From positions 14,322,001-14,386,000 of the forward strand of contig OZ024756.1 of the NCBI GenBank assembly GCA_964016885.1: a stretch of 64,000 nucleotides of DNA. The letters are read 5' to 3'. Of this stretch, positions 17,002-30,523 are shown in pieces (within the stretch, counting starts at the first letter, position 1; every line of letters begins with the position of its first letter). The notes under the pieces are model-generated. The model did not search any database, was not told the origin of the DNA, and worked only from the letters and a program-made list of their open reading frames with translations. A program made the translations under genes and the position numbers. The stretch is from Eledone cirrhosa (lineage: Eukaryota).

Positions 17002-18513
17002 CACCCTGAAGAATTCGACCCCAAGACGACCTTGCCATCGCCGTCAAGCCGAAGCAGTAGAAACTACCCCAAGCGCCAGCACACTTCCTATCGGAGCTCT
17101 CCTATCACTGAGCCGCTTCATTCGTCCAGCGAGACCAGTTGCACTGATCTTGTACCATTCTTACAATCTGCCAGAAATCAGCTGGCAAAATCGCAACCAT
17201 TCTGTACCAGATCAAATCTTGGTGCTGGGAACAACAGGTTCACCTCATTTCTGCACGAAAACGAGGCTACTAATAAGGACTCTCCATTGACAGCTTATAT
17301 CAAAGGCAAGTGGAATACAAATGTCCCTTCTACCACTATAGATCGTCCACTTAGTAGTACCCTTCACCATCCATTATTTGCTACTGAAGACTCCTCTGCC
17401 AGAACACTCTACCTACCTAAATATTCCTCGTACCCTGATACAACTGATTACAGTTCCGATGAAGAGTATGATGCCGAACCAAGATACAGCCACCACAAGG
17501 CTTTAGACCGTAAAAGACCGTACAAACCGGGACAGCTTCTAAAATCCATTAGAAGAAAGCGACGGGAAAGAGAGGAAAACGATGGTCACGATGATAATAT
17601 GGAGGGAGCCTATGCCATTGATTATAAAGATGAACGTGAAACTGATGATGAAAACACAGAAGCATATACTGATAATGACTACGACTACAAGACCGTGAGT
17701 TTACGTAAAAATAGGCATTTGAGGCGAGAATCAAGCCCTGAAGATGACTTGGATTTACCCCTAACACCTTACCGCCACTCTAAGCTTCACAAGTACGATG
17801 ACCACGATGATGATGATATTGGTATATCCAGTCTAATTGCCATGGCCACATTAAGAGCTCGTGATGCTCTCAGACATATCACAGGAATGGACAGCAAAGC
17901 GGGATATTTAAGTATCGAGGGGGATATTAGACCCTATGGTAAAGAGTTGTCAACATTTAAACTTGAAAGTCCATTCCAAATGAGAGGACCGTTGATGGTA
18001 AACCATCGACCTACACTCACCGCTGGTGATGATGCCTTTGAAAATTTAGTCCAGAAATTTCGTAGTCAAAGAGAAGACGCACGAGTCAACCTCGAAAATA
18101 TTTCTACAAAGAAGAAACCTCTACAATTAACCAGTTATTCTCCCTCTCAGTATTCACTTCGTCCTCTTGGTTATCTGAGCGATGAATCTTACAAATCTTA
18201 CACAAAGGCTCTCATGCCTACCACTACACCATTTGACAGAACTATAGTCTCATCTTTAACACCTAAAAAATCAGTGCATTTCGACGACGAATTTGAACCA
18301 ACATCTTCATTGAGTATCCTTAGAGAGCTATACCCCAATTCTACTGCGAGGCGGAATGAGGAAGAGATGGCGCTTGCTCCAAGGCGAAAGCGTTATCCTA
18401 TTTACGAATACACAGAAGAGATACCAGTCAAATTTAAAGTCGATGATGACAGTGATTCTTATGAAGCCATCAGCCCTGGCAGGTTATCAGTTATAGAAAA
18501 GATACGAATCAAG
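17002..18513 (+). CDS. Large coding exon of an uncharacterised gene; S/D/E/K/R/Y-rich, probably disordered
   Basis: Non-repetitive stop-free frame of more than 1.5 kb (ORF 16906-18579) with raised GC. Phase-0 donor AAG|GTATTG after 18513. The 5' boundary is uncertain (CAG acceptor at 17001, TAG at 16973, or in-frame ATG at 16948). Confidence 0.8.
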
Positions 18514-18964
18514 GTATTGTTAAAAAAAAAAAAACGGGATCAGGCCCACGAATTTTATTTTACAAAACGAAATATATAAACATGAACCGAAATTAATAAT
18601 AACAGCTTTCCACCTCCTTCCCAATTCTTGCATGAAATTCTTGTCTTGAGATATTTCGATGCCATTATAACTGCATGGGATTCTATAGTTTGCTGTACGC
18701 TTTGGTTTTATTTTAGTTTTAGTCCCTTATTTTGTTGCTGTGCGATGAATTTTCAATTGCGTTTGTTATTTCTTTTTTTTTTTTAATTGTACCAGCACAC
18801 TGCTTGCTTTGCTGCTATTTTTACAGCTTGTTCTGTCACTCGATTCCTCGATGCACGCAAGTAACCAACACGAGTCACATAACATTGCCGCCAGAAGACG
18901 GCCACCATAACTGCTACAAGATATCTAAGCTAGACAGCTAGTTGTACAGGAACCTTCTCCCCAT

Positions 18965-19010
<46 letters not shown>

Positions 19011-19336
19011 GTATATATCCATTTTCACATTGAGTTATACGGTCGAACAACGAGAGAGAGACCGAAAGGGTGAATGCGAAACAGTATATATATATACATA
19101 TATATATAAAAGATAAAAGAGAGAGAGAGAGATGTATATATATATAATTATTTCCTGCAATATATGCAATTCTATACCGTATTCACATATATATAAATGT
19201 TGATGTCATGATAGTGCTCAATATCTTTAAGAAAGAGCTACTACTTAATGTGTTGAAGTAAACATCTAAATATACTGGAAACACCCATAATCACTATATA
19301 CAAACCACACACACACACACATATATATATATATAG

Positions 19337-19600
19337 TAATAAAAAGGATGAAGTGTCGTATCTTCATTACGTTCATTGAGGTGTGACGCGCGTTTCGCGA
19401 TTGATCAGCTCAAGGCTCGATCTGGCCCAATTCTGGAATCAAAAGCTCATCGGACTTCTGTTAAACGTAATGAAGATCGTCCTTTTTATTATTATTACTA
19501 TTACACTCTGCTTTGTATAACATCAATATACCTACTAGAAACTACGCACCGAGTGCTCTCTCTCGTTAACCTACAGCAACTGGACGTTACTATCCGTAAA
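19337..19600. mobile_element. TA-flanked PLE-pLTR-like fragment; relative at about 34190-34445
   Basis: Both share gtgacgcgcgtttcgc..tgatcagctcaagg (minus strand: GAAA-cgcgcg-TC hammerhead half), an acactct...cgagtgctc tail and aacctacag.aact. Confidence 0.55.
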
Positions 19601-19823
19601 TATATATATATATAAAACAAGATATCGTTTAAGGTAATCCAGTTAGAGGTTTTGAGTAATCTGTATCTAGGATAGTTTTAACGTTTGGCGTTGTTTGACT
19701 CAACAAAAAGTTCCCTTAGTCGGGTGGCAGGTTTAAGAGAGTTCCTAGGTGAGCGGTTCTTGGAGTAATAATAGTAAATGAGTGAAGAATAACATGGTCG
19801 GCTGTACAATAGGGTTTATTTAA

Positions 19824-19934
19824 AGTATTAACAATTGTTTCATTAGTCCGGTGTGTCTAAACATCGCTGATCGTTAGAAGTTATGTCACTCGATTTTAAT
19901 TACAGTCGATACCTGACCAAATCATCAGAATACT
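19824..19934 (-). ncRNA. Type I hammerhead ribozyme with 80-nt stem II, in the PLE pLTR
   Basis: agtatt CTGATGA tttggtcaggt...accggactaat GAAA caattg TT aatact. Confidence 0.8.
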
Positions 19935-20529
19935 GATCTGTGTACATGATACAGTGCCCTAGTATTTATAGATACATGGGAGAATAACATAAATAAAAAC
20001 AAAAATAATAATAACATGGAGAAAGTGAGGGAAGTGGTATGAAGAGATGATATGATAAAGGAGATGCTTGGCAGTGTAATAAAATGGGATGAGGGGATAG
20101 TTGCGATATTGAAATACAGTAGAGTGAGGTGGGTTAAATAAATGAAGCAGCGAAATTTAAAATAAAAAGATAATGATAACAGAAGGGTGATTAGGGTTGG
20201 GGTATTTTGAATGTATTATCTTAATGGAGGTGAAGATTGGTGGTAGTGCTGTGTATGAGAGGGTGTGTCTATACAGAAGCTGAGGGATCGTCGATTGATC
20301 TAATGTCCGATTGGTCAATGTAGATTGGTAGATGTATGAAGTTATCGATTATATGTGGCTGACAGTCAATCGTAGTAAGGAGGTGTAAAATTGGTTTGTT
20401 GGCGCCAGTATTGCAGATGTTTTAAATCCGGGGGGGTATGGATAGTGAGAGGGGGGGGGGGGGGGTTGTATGGATAGTGAGGGGGGGGGGGGTGTATGGA
20501 TAGTGAGATTGCCGGATCGAATAATGCTC

Positions 20530-21265
20530 GTCTCGGTTCGTAGTTAGAGAATGTAATAGTGGCTTTGTGTCTGCAGAAAATTGTCCGCTCGATCTTTCTG
20601 TTAAGCAGCGTTTTATTATATTGTAGAATATGGAGTAGCTCCATATTGCAGAGTCTACAATGGGACATCTCGTTCTTGTAGGCTTTTACATTTGATAACT
20701 TCGACCAGCTAATTTCGTATCCTTGATTAATGTCCTTAAGCTTTCAGATTTTATTGGCCAGCGTTGTTGTGTTACTGAGTTTTCCGGGTTTTTTTTTATG
20801 AGTGTCTATACACATACCATCTTTTTTTGAAGTCGGCAGCCGTAGAACCTATGTAGAACCATGCCAGATTGCCAGACTTAATAGTGCATTGGTATACCAT
20901 ACTGGACTCCAAGCATCTATTCTGTAGTGCGCATTTATCAGGCAGGTGGCAGTTACATTTGGAGGCCTTCTTATGAGCAAGTTCCTCGTTGTAGTTCAAT
21001 ATGTGGTTTGAGACAGGCAGGGATTTTGGTCTGTTGGTGTTTTGTTGTGACATATACTGACGTGTGGGTGGTTGTGATGCTGTTATGCGGTTGCGTTTTG
21101 TATTTGATGTTACGGTGTATGTTAGAGATTCTCCTAGAGTTAATTTTATGTATGTGTGATTCGATGTTCGCTGCAGTAGAGTAAGAGAGGTTAATGGTGT
21201 TTCTATTAAAGATTCTATGGTATTTGTGTGGTTTAGGGAAGTGTTTATCGATTAATTTAAAGAGG
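20530..21265 (-). pseudogene. PLE ORF C-terminus: thumb/linker plus GIY-YIG endonuclease, frameshifted
   Basis: FKLIDKHFPKPHKYHRIFNRNTINLSYS; CNC...C...C..SSMVYQCTI...FYIGSTAADFKKRW; CRLCNMELLHIL...LLNRKIERTIFCRHK, spread over three frames. Confidence 0.88.
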
Positions 21266-21722
21266 ATTCGATCCGGCAATCTCACTATCCATACAACCCC
21301 CCTCCCCCGGATTTAAAACATCTGCAATACTGGCTCCAACAAACCAATTTTACACCTCCTTACTACGATTGACTGTCAGCCACATATAATCGATAACTTC
21401 ATACATCTACCAATCTACATTGACCAATCGGACATTAGATCAATCGACGATCCCTCAGCTTTTGTATAGACACCCCCTCTCATACACAGCACTACCACCA
21501 TTCTTCACCTCCATTAAGATAATACATTCAAAATACCCCAACCCTAATCACCCGTCTGTTATCATTATCTTTTTATTTTAAATTTTTGCTGCTTCATTTA
21601 TTTAACCCACCTCACTCTACTGTATTTCAATATCGCCACTATCCCCTCATCCCATTTTATTACACTGCCAAGCATCTCCTTTATCATATCATCTCTTCAT
21701 ACCACTTCCCTCACTTTCTCCA

Positions 21723-21850
21723 TACGGGGTCGATAAAATAAAGTACCAGTAATGCACTGGGGTAATTGCTGGCCTTGTGCCAAAAGTAGAAACAATTATT
21801 ATTGTCACTACTATTTTACGCTTCTATCCACTGATCACTGCAACTATTAT

Positions 21851-21894
<44 letters not shown>

Positions 21895-22100
21895 TCATCA
21901 TTAATGATATGCGGTGGATCGTCAGTATCGGTAGAGGGTCGGACGCCATGTTTTGACGCAGAGAGTTATGGCCCTTGCCATTCTGAGTTCAAATCCCGCC
22001 GAGGTTAACTTTGCCTTTCATCCTTACAGGATCGATAAAATAAAGTACCAGTAATTCCCTGGGTAATTGCTGGCCTTGTGCCAAAAGTAGAAACAATTAT
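21723..22100 (+). mobile_element. Two SINE family A copies nested in the PLE inverted arm
   Basis: Partial copy 21723-21800 and full copy 21910-22100. Both are absent from the mirror arm at about 20000-20020. Confidence 0.85.
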
Positions 22101-22185
22101 TATCATTAATGGTATTATTGTTTTCATTTATGTTATTCTCCCATGTATCTAGAAATACTAGGGCACTGTATCATGTACACAGATC

Positions 22186-22296
22186 AATATTCTGATGATT
22201 TGGTCAGGTATCGACTGTAATTAAAATCGAGTGACATAACTTCTAACGATCAGCGATGTTTAGACACACCGGACTAATGAAACAATTGTTAATACT
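22186..22296 (+). ncRNA. Mirror hammerhead ribozyme (sense to the host gene)
   Basis: aatatt CTGATGA(22192)...GAAA(22279) caattg TT aatact. Confidence 0.78.
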
Positions 22297-22385
22297 TTAA
22301 ATAAACCCTATTGTACAGCCGACCACGTTATTCTTCACCCTTTTATTATATATATAATAACCCTATATATATATATATATATATA

Positions 22386-23893
22386 GGGTTATTCCATATC
22401 AAATCCCCCAATTTCAGAAAAATTTCCCAGTTCACCACTTCAGATCCCCCTGGAAAACATTCATACTAGCTTCTGTACCTACATGATGGGAAAATAGGGA
22501 AAAATATCAAGTATTAAGTCAATATCTTTGATAGTTTTGAAATTGTAGGCCTTTAAAATATTAATTAATTATACATTTTTTCCGAACGAGCCTCTCGGAC
22601 CAATTTGAGACAGCCATTTCTCCTTTAATAAGGTATATAAAACAGCACATTGCATGCCTGTGAACGGTGTGTCCTGGGAAAGAGGCATTATAAGAGTACC
22701 TCAATAGTCAGTTGGATAATCAAGAGTTTCATGAAGGTGATATGATTAAATATAAACAATTGGTACACAATGATAGAACAACACTTGTATCACTTGAAGC
22801 TACTGCAGCAGATTTCATTGATATCGTGTCTGAATCATTCTGTCAGCTGACACAGCACCACTTTATTGCAAAAGTGCAATCTGCGGCTTTGAATGCATTG
22901 AAAGAAAAGCTTCGGTATAATGAAGCCATCATATTACAGCTTTATCATGCAGGATGTTGTGCAGGGGAATCATTGGGATAATTCCCAAGCTAGAGTGCAT
23001 CCCTTTGTATTTTATATCAAAGACTCCTCCACCTCTGTTCTCAAATGTGTAAACCTGCCTTAACAATGACACTGTGGCAGTTCATGCTTTTACTACTCAA
23101 GTACTGACTGCTGAAGATCTGACCAAAGTTATATACTTCAATGATGGGGCTGCAAGCCAATATACATGCAGCATGTTGTTTTATATCCATCCTTTATGAA
23201 TGAGTTGATGCTGTACAAAGGGCTGACAACTGAATTTCTAAAAATTTACAACTCTGAAAAGAAGCTCAGCAACAAAACCAAATTTCTGTCACATCATCTT
23301 CAGAAGTATAAAAATGCATGGCAATAATTTTAAAAGGATAGTGAACTGTCCACATGGTCAACTAAGGGCTTCGAATGGACATTTTTTGAAATCGCACATA
23401 TTTCAAAAAACTTATTCTGACACTCCCATACTAGTGACTAACATAGTTACTGCTCAGAAATGGTCTACTATATGCTAACTAACAGGAAAACAATTATGGT
23501 CGCTTTATCTAGTGTACCTATTGAGATAAAAATACCTAAAAGAAGCATACATTTGCTGTACGTTTAATTCTTGGCAATTTTCAGATGGAAAAATATACAA
23601 GATACACTTGATGTGATAAGATATTTGAACTCTACAGAAGAAGTTAGCCTCAAACACATGATTTCAAAGTTGTGCTTACCTTATTAGAGGAGAAATGGCT
23701 GTCTCAAGCTGGTCCGTAAAAAAATGTATAATTAATTAATATTTTAAACGCCTACAATTTCAAAACTATCAAAGATATTGACCTAATACTCGATATTTTT
23801 CCAACATATAGGTACAGGAGCTAGTATGAATTTTTTCAGGGGGATCTGAGGGGTGACCTGGGAACCTCTGGGTGATTTGAGATGGAATGGCCC
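22386..23893 (+). mobile_element. Defective DNA transposon with long TIRs, Sola2-like
   Basis: Termini GGGTTATTCCATATCAAATC / GATTTGAGATGGAATGGCCC, about 200-250-bp imperfect TIRs and TATA flanks. Internal transposase remnant: DRTTL...HHFIAKVQS...; QDVVQGNHW; KVIYFNDGAASQY. The superfamily assignment is tentative. Confidence 0.72.
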
Positions 23894-24754
23894 TATATAG
23901 TTCAATAAATGAGACAAACACAGAGATATAAAAAACACAGTCTTATTAGGTTCACGCTTGGGAATTATGATAAAGGAAAAAGAAAAAATATAAATATCTC
24001 AACATTTCGGACATAAGTCCTTTATCAGGAAAGAGGAGAGGGATGCGGTTTTGTTGAAGATTGGAGGGAGAGAAAAAAATGTGTGATACGTTTTAGGTAC
24101 GACAAAAAGAGATAGTTAAACTAAATACCTTACCAAGAGAAAACATAATGGAGGGTTGATATGTTTAGCTCCCTTCAGAACAATGCTCCAGCAAGACAGC
24201 AGTCTAATTACTGAAATCATTGCAAGAATACAAGCATTAAATAATCTAGATTAATATTGAAATTTGAAAATCTGAAGATTTTTTTACGGATATTTTATTT
24301 CTATTTTTATACCTATAAATGTGTATCGTGTTGTTTCTAGTATATTTAGGCGTTCATCAGTACACTTATTTCGTCTGTGTGCGTGTATTTGTGTGTATGT
24401 AAATATGTGTGTAAGTTTGTGTATATGTGTGTAACTCTGTAAGTTTGTGTATGATTATGTGTGTGAGTGAGTGTGTGTGTGTAAATGTGTAAGTATGTGT
24501 AAGCTTGTGTGTGTGTCTAAGTATGTATATGTCTGTGTATGTCTGTGTATGTCTGAGTATATGTCTAAGTATGTGTCTAAGTATGTGTATGTCTGTATGT
24601 GTGTGTGTGTTTACTGCTATGACAAAAAAAAACAACAAACAAATATACAATGTCTGTTTGTCTGAGTTCAATATCAATCAGAATCGATTTTGTCTTTCAT
24701 CCCCCGGCGTTGATATAATCAACTACAGCTGAACACCAAAATATCTTCTCATTT

Positions 24755-25143
24755 GGCACAAGCAATTACCAGCAATTACCCAGTACATTACTGGTACTTT
24801 ATTTTATCGACCCCGTAAGGATGAAAGGCAAAGTTAACTTCGGCGGGATTTGAACTCAGATCATAAAGAGACGTAAGCATAGAATTACGTCCCTTTACAA
24901 TCTGAGTTCAAATCCTGCCGAGGTTAACATTGCCTTTCATCCTTACGGGGTCGATAAAATAAAGTACCAGTAATGTACTGGGTAATTGTGGCCTTGTGCC
25001 AAAAATAGAAACAATTATAATCAGCATCAGGCGGCAAAGTGTCAGAGTCGTTAGAGTGCCAGATAGAATGTTTTGAGGCATTCGTTCCGGCCCCCTGCGC
25101 CTCTGAGTTCAAATCCCGTCGAGATCAACTTTACCTTTCATCC
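24755..25143. mobile_element. SINE family A cluster (head-to-head pair plus fragment)
   Basis: Minus copy about 24755-24885, plus copy about 24886-25017, fragment to 25143. Confidence 0.85.
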
Positions 25144-25859
25144 TATATATATATCGTTATCACTTTCTCCCCCAACTCCTCCCTCTCTCTCTCTCTGTCA
25201 TTGGAAGGAATCGATTATGTTCAATCCAGGAATGGGGATGGGTTTCTGCCAGGTTTAAAATATGCCCAAGACACATGTCACCACAGCGACCCTATAACTC
25301 CATCCGGAATTACAACACCATCACCATCGTCCTCATCGTCATACGTTTTGTGCACACGTATGTGTTTCCATAAACTGGAGAAGTAAAGAAATAGAAAAAG
25401 AAAAACCCTATTTCACAATCTGAAACCGGTAGCACAAACCCCATACTATATATATTAGTACCACACATCGGGGTATTCGGCTCACAATCGTAAGGTCGTG
25501 AGTTCGATTCCCGGTGGTGTGCTGTGTTCTTGAGCAAGACACTTTATTTCACGTTGCTCCAGTCCACTCAGCTATGAAAAAATGAGAGTCGTACCTGTAA
25601 TTCGAAGGGCCAGCCTTGTCACATTCTGTGTCATGCGGAATCTCCCTGAGAACTATATTAAGGATATCTGTATCTGTTGAATGCTCAGTCACTTGCACGG
25701 TAATATCACGAGCAGGCAAGCTGTTCTGTTGGTCGTTTCAACTGGTGCACCCATCGTCGTCACCGACGAAGGGCCAATCTTGATACCACGTGGTACACAT
25801 GTATCATACACTATGTGTGACACTACCAGATAATCTGTGTGCCACGACCATATATAATG

Positions 25860-26935
25860 TGGGGAGTTGGCAGAGTGGTTAGAGCGTCGGACACACCTTG
25901 TTACAGTCCTTGGCGTTCTTTGTTCAAATCCTACCAAGATCAACTCTGCCTTTCATACCTCCGGAATCGATAAAGTACCAGTCATACACGGAGGTCGATT
26001 TAATCAACTTCCTCCTCCCCACAAATTGCGGGCCTTGTGCCTAAACCAGAAACCATTATTATTATTATTATTATTATTATGACGGTGGATTGGCAGTATC
26101 GGGAGAGGGTCGGACGCTTTGCAGCATAGAGTTACGGCCCTTGTCATTCTGAATTCAAATCCAGCCGAGGTTAACTTTGCCTTTCATCCTTACGGGGGTC
26201 GATAAAATAAAGTATACCAGTAATGCACTGGGGTAATTGCTGGCCTTGTGCCAAAAGAACAATTATTATTATTATGTGGATTGGCAGTATCAGTAGAGCG
26301 TCGAACACCATGCTTCGCGGCATAGAGCTACGGCCCTTTATGTTCTGAGTTCAAACCCCGCCGAGGTTAACTTTGCCTTTCATCATTACAGGGGTCGATA
26401 AAATAAGGTACCAGTAATACACTGGGAGTCGATTTAATCGACTCCCCCCCCTTCCCCTTCAAATTGCTGGCCTTGTGCCTAAAGTAGGAACAGTTATTAT
26501 TGCGGTAGATTTGCAGTATCAGTAGAGTGTCGGACATGCTTTGCAGCATATAGTTACGGCCCTTTACGTTCTGAGTTCGAATCTTGTTGAAGTTAGTTTT
26601 GCCTTTCAACATTACGGGGGTAGTTAAAATAATTGTTTCTACTTTTGGCACAAGGCCAGCAATTACCCCAGTGCATTACTGGTACTTTATTTTATCGACC
26701 CCCGTAAGGATGAAAGGCAAAGTTAACCTCGGCGGGATTTGAACTCAGAATGGCAAGGGCCGTAACTCTATGCGTCAAAGCATGGCGTCCGACCCTCTCC
26801 CGATATTGCCAATCCACCGATGGTAGGGGTAGTTAAAATAATAAAGTAACAGTAACGCACTGGGTCGATTTAATCTACTTTCCCCATCCCCCAAATTGAA
26901 GACCTTATACTTAAATCTGAAACCATTATTATGGA
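25860..26935. mobile_element. Tandem SINE family A cluster (four + copies, one nested - copy at about 26630-26820)
   Basis: Repeated A box/B box/core units joined through (att)n tails. Confidence 0.88.
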
Positions 26936-28023
26936 GGTTGAAGGTAGAATCGGTGGAGTGTCGAACAAATCTCTTCACAGTATTTTCTACTCATATTTCG
27001 TGTGCTGCCTCTGCCATTCACCTCTCTGCATTTGATAAAAGAAATACCTGTAATACATTGGTGTCACTATAACTAGCCATAACATTCCCCACCCACTTCT
27101 ATAAGTTTATATTACACGAGGAACATATGGTGAGTTATCTTTCACTTCTATAATGATAGGAATCTTACCGTTTCTCTGGGACTATACACTTGTGTATATA
27201 GAAATATTTGCACTCCTGTATATATACACATACACACATGTATATATAATATACACTTACATATATACATACAGAAATGTATATATATATATATCCAATC
27301 GGTACAGTATATGGAAGGGATATATTAGGTTAACGCTTGATATAGCAGGAAGAGGGTCTTAACGTTTCGGACGCTAGTCCTTCAGATAAAAATAACAGGC
27401 CCATTCATGTTGACATCTCTTGCAAAACTGTTGGTGCTGGCGTTTTGTGTATGATTTATTTTTTAGAAAAGTGGATGATGGAGCACGTCTATAAATACAC
27501 ACACACACACACACACACGCACTCACACAATAGGTGTGTTTTATTTTCACAGCAGAAATATATAAAAGAAATACAAACAAAGGTTATATCAATTAAAATA
27601 TATCATAAGATATCCAGTAACGAAAGACTTAGGATTTCGTATACGAAATTAATTTTTTCAAATTAGAGAAAAGAAAATAACATAAAAAATACACAGAAAA
27701 GAAAGAAAGAAAGAAAGAAAAGTACATAACAGCAGCGAATAACCCCAACAAAATCTAAGTGACTATTAAATCTACTTTTGTTAGCAATAGTGAAGACGAG
27801 GGCGAATAAGAAAGAGGAATTCTTCCTTCGAGAACTATTCCATTATAAAACACTGAAACTGATTGTCAGATATTTTTTTAAAGATTTAAATTCATTTTTT
27901 AACGAAGAACAAAGTTTCGAGATTTTCACTGTTTATTATTTTTTTTTTTTTTTTCGTTTTTTTCTTCTCACTTCTCTTTCTACTTTTTTTTTCTTCTACT
28001 TCTTGACCTCCTCTCAACGGCAG

Positions 28024-28467
28024 CTTTCGACGCAACCTCTAAGGTCACCTAAGGCTATCGTAGCAGCCCGGAGAGCCATTCGTAATACACCAACGGCCAC
28101 TCCTCATCTCCCTGTCTATAAAGAGGTAGATCTCACATCTCCTGCTTACTACGTCTCGCCTCTTCACAGATATGTTCGTGGCTATAAAAAGCGTTTTGTT
28201 ATGGCTCCTAAATACAATCCTTATGTTGTGTTATCTAACTGGCGTGACAATTATTTTGATGACGAAGATCTCTACTTCCCTCCATCAAAGCTTCGTTACT
28301 ACCCAACTGGGGTTGACAGATATTCTGCTTGGCATCCTTTGCACTATAACTATCTAAGGCACCATCTTCCCGAATGGCGGCATTACGCCACCAAAAGAAG
28401 AGTCTATGATTATACCCCAAGACGTCACTATCGTAGATATTACCCCACGCATCACATGGCATTGAAG
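28024..28467 (+). CDS. 444-bp Tyr/Arg/Pro/His-rich coding exon (phase 0-0)
   Basis: Long polypyrimidine tract plus CAG at 28021-28023, open frame LSTQPLRSPK...PTHHMALK, donor AAG|GTGATA; in frame with the neighbouring exons. Confidence 0.85.
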
Positions 28468-29082
28468 GTGATATAACCATTTTTTTTTCAGGAGCACTTA
28501 TAGCTATTTACGCAAAGCTTTCACTGCACTTAACCGGGAAATGCAGCCAAAATTGGCGAAAAAAGGAACAAGACGGCCTATAGAATTCTTTGAAATATAA
28601 CATTGCTAAATAAAGTCTTTGAATATTTTCGTAAATTTCTTTCACAACTTCAAATTGGCTCCGTTTTTAAGGGACATATTCTAAATTTACATTTAAATAA
28701 ACATCTTAAAAGTATAGAAAAATAAACGATAGGTAATAGTTTGGTAGAATCGGCATAAAACCAGACAATATTCCTTGTTATTGAGTTGCGATCTTTTGTG
28801 TTGAAATTTCATATCTAGCTGATATAAAAGGAAGTACCGGTAAGATTCTGGGGTAAATTACATCGACTATATATCTTCCCAAACTTTGTGCCTTTATAAG
28901 ACAATGGTGGATCGGCGGAATCGGTAAAACATTGGACAAACTCGCCGCGATATTTGTTCCGTCTCTTTACATTCCCAGTTCAAATCCCGCCGAAATGAAC
29001 TTTGTATTCCACCCTACAATATAGAGGGTAAATAAAATACTGAAGTAGACTAAATAAATGAACGTCTAGATGTAGCGTAGAC

Positions 29083-29462
29083 CAGCGGTCGCCAACCCTT
29101 TCGGACCACTAAATTCATGATTCAAAATCCCGCGGACCACTATTATGATTTTTCTAAAAAGATAAATACATTTGTAAAATAATGATCAGAGAACTTCTAT
29201 TTTATTAAACAATACTGAAGTGTACGTGTGTCATATTGTCGATAGATGATACATATGTGTAAAATTCTTTCATGGATGTTAGTTCTTTACTGAGGAGAAA
29301 CATTTTTAGGGGTGTTATAAAGTATATTTTAACCAAATTTTATTTTTGTTTTATTATTAATAAAACATAAAAATTGTAAATAATGTCCAAATTTTTCTGC
29401 GGACCACCAAAATTTTCTCTCGGACCACCAGTATTCTGCGGACCACCGGTTGGCGACCATTG
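29083..29462. mobile_element. hAT (Charlie-like) MITE
   Basis: TIRs CAGCGGTCGCCAACC / GGTTGGCGACCATTG, 8-bp TSD GCGTAGAC / GTGTAGAC, subterminal CGGACCAC repeats. Confidence 0.88.
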
Positions 29463-30488
29463 GTGTAGACAACAGAAGCCCTAACTTAACCACCATTTGT
29501 TCAGTACCAGTAATACACTGACGCTAAAGTGATAGATCCGATAGAAAGTCCGAGAAAATAGTTTCCAGTATTCAACTACGACCCTTTACGTCTTATAGTC
29601 AAATCCCGTTGAGGCTTTCTTTGTTTTTTAACATTCTAAGGACGATAACTGAGTACCAAAAGGTACCGGAGTCAATACAATCGACTTTACTCCAAATTAC
29701 AGGATTTTTAAAATACTGAATATAAATAGCGTATATATATATATAAATCAATTATTTTATTTTTTTGCAATATACAATGTTTTCTGGAAGGAAATGCATA
29801 TATTATACATACATACATACAGACACGCCTATCTACTTACACACATACACACACATATATGTGCGTGTATGTGTGTTTCTATATAGATATCTGCTTGCAT
29901 ATATATACATTATATATATTGACGCACATACACTTCATGGATGTGTGTCCGAGTGCGTATATATATATATATGCTGTTAAATATAGAACTCAAAAAATGA
30001 GATGAAAAAACCGAATTCTTGTCCTTTTCTCGACCAACGACAAACAAAATTCATTTTTTTCTTTGAATTACTTATTTTTTTCAAAATTTTTATTTACTTA
30101 TTTTGCTTTCTTTATTTATTCACGCAAATTTTATCTATTTATATTTTATAAGTTTATTTTATTTCAAACGTTTTAATTTTTTTTATATTTTGCAAGCGTT
30201 TTGTGGAAACAAAAAAAAAAATCGTTAGAAAGTTTTACTATGAAAAAGCCCCCACATTTCAACACCAGCTTGCATGTATTTCAGTGTTTCATCGGTCTCT
30301 CCATATCCATACATATACTCATGCATTATACATACATTTTTAAAAACTGTTTCCTTTATGTATATATATATATATATCAGGTTTCTATAAATTAGTTTCA
30401 AATATAAATTCCAATATAGAGATATCTGTTTAAACATCTAAAACTATGTAACACATACATATATACATTATATATATACATTATATAT

Positions 30489-30523
<35 letters not shown>

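Larger units (their letters stand above)
19620..22340 (-). mobile_element. 5'-truncated Penelope-like retroelement with inverted pseudo-LTR
   Basis: GIY-YIG coding remnant on the minus strand. About 19780-20521 is repeated in inverted orientation at about 21266-22340, and that arm is interrupted by SINEs. Each arm has a hammerhead; TA flanks. Confidence 0.88.

Noticed and set aside
18514-18579. C-terminal extension VLLKKKKRDQ... of the 557-aa ORF
   Set aside because: It follows a plausible splice donor and runs through a poly-A tract, so it is more likely intronic read-through.
28024-28467. Reflectin (Tyr/Arg-rich cephalopod protein)
   Set aside because: It lacks the Met/Asp-rich reflectin repeat motif and has low Met content.
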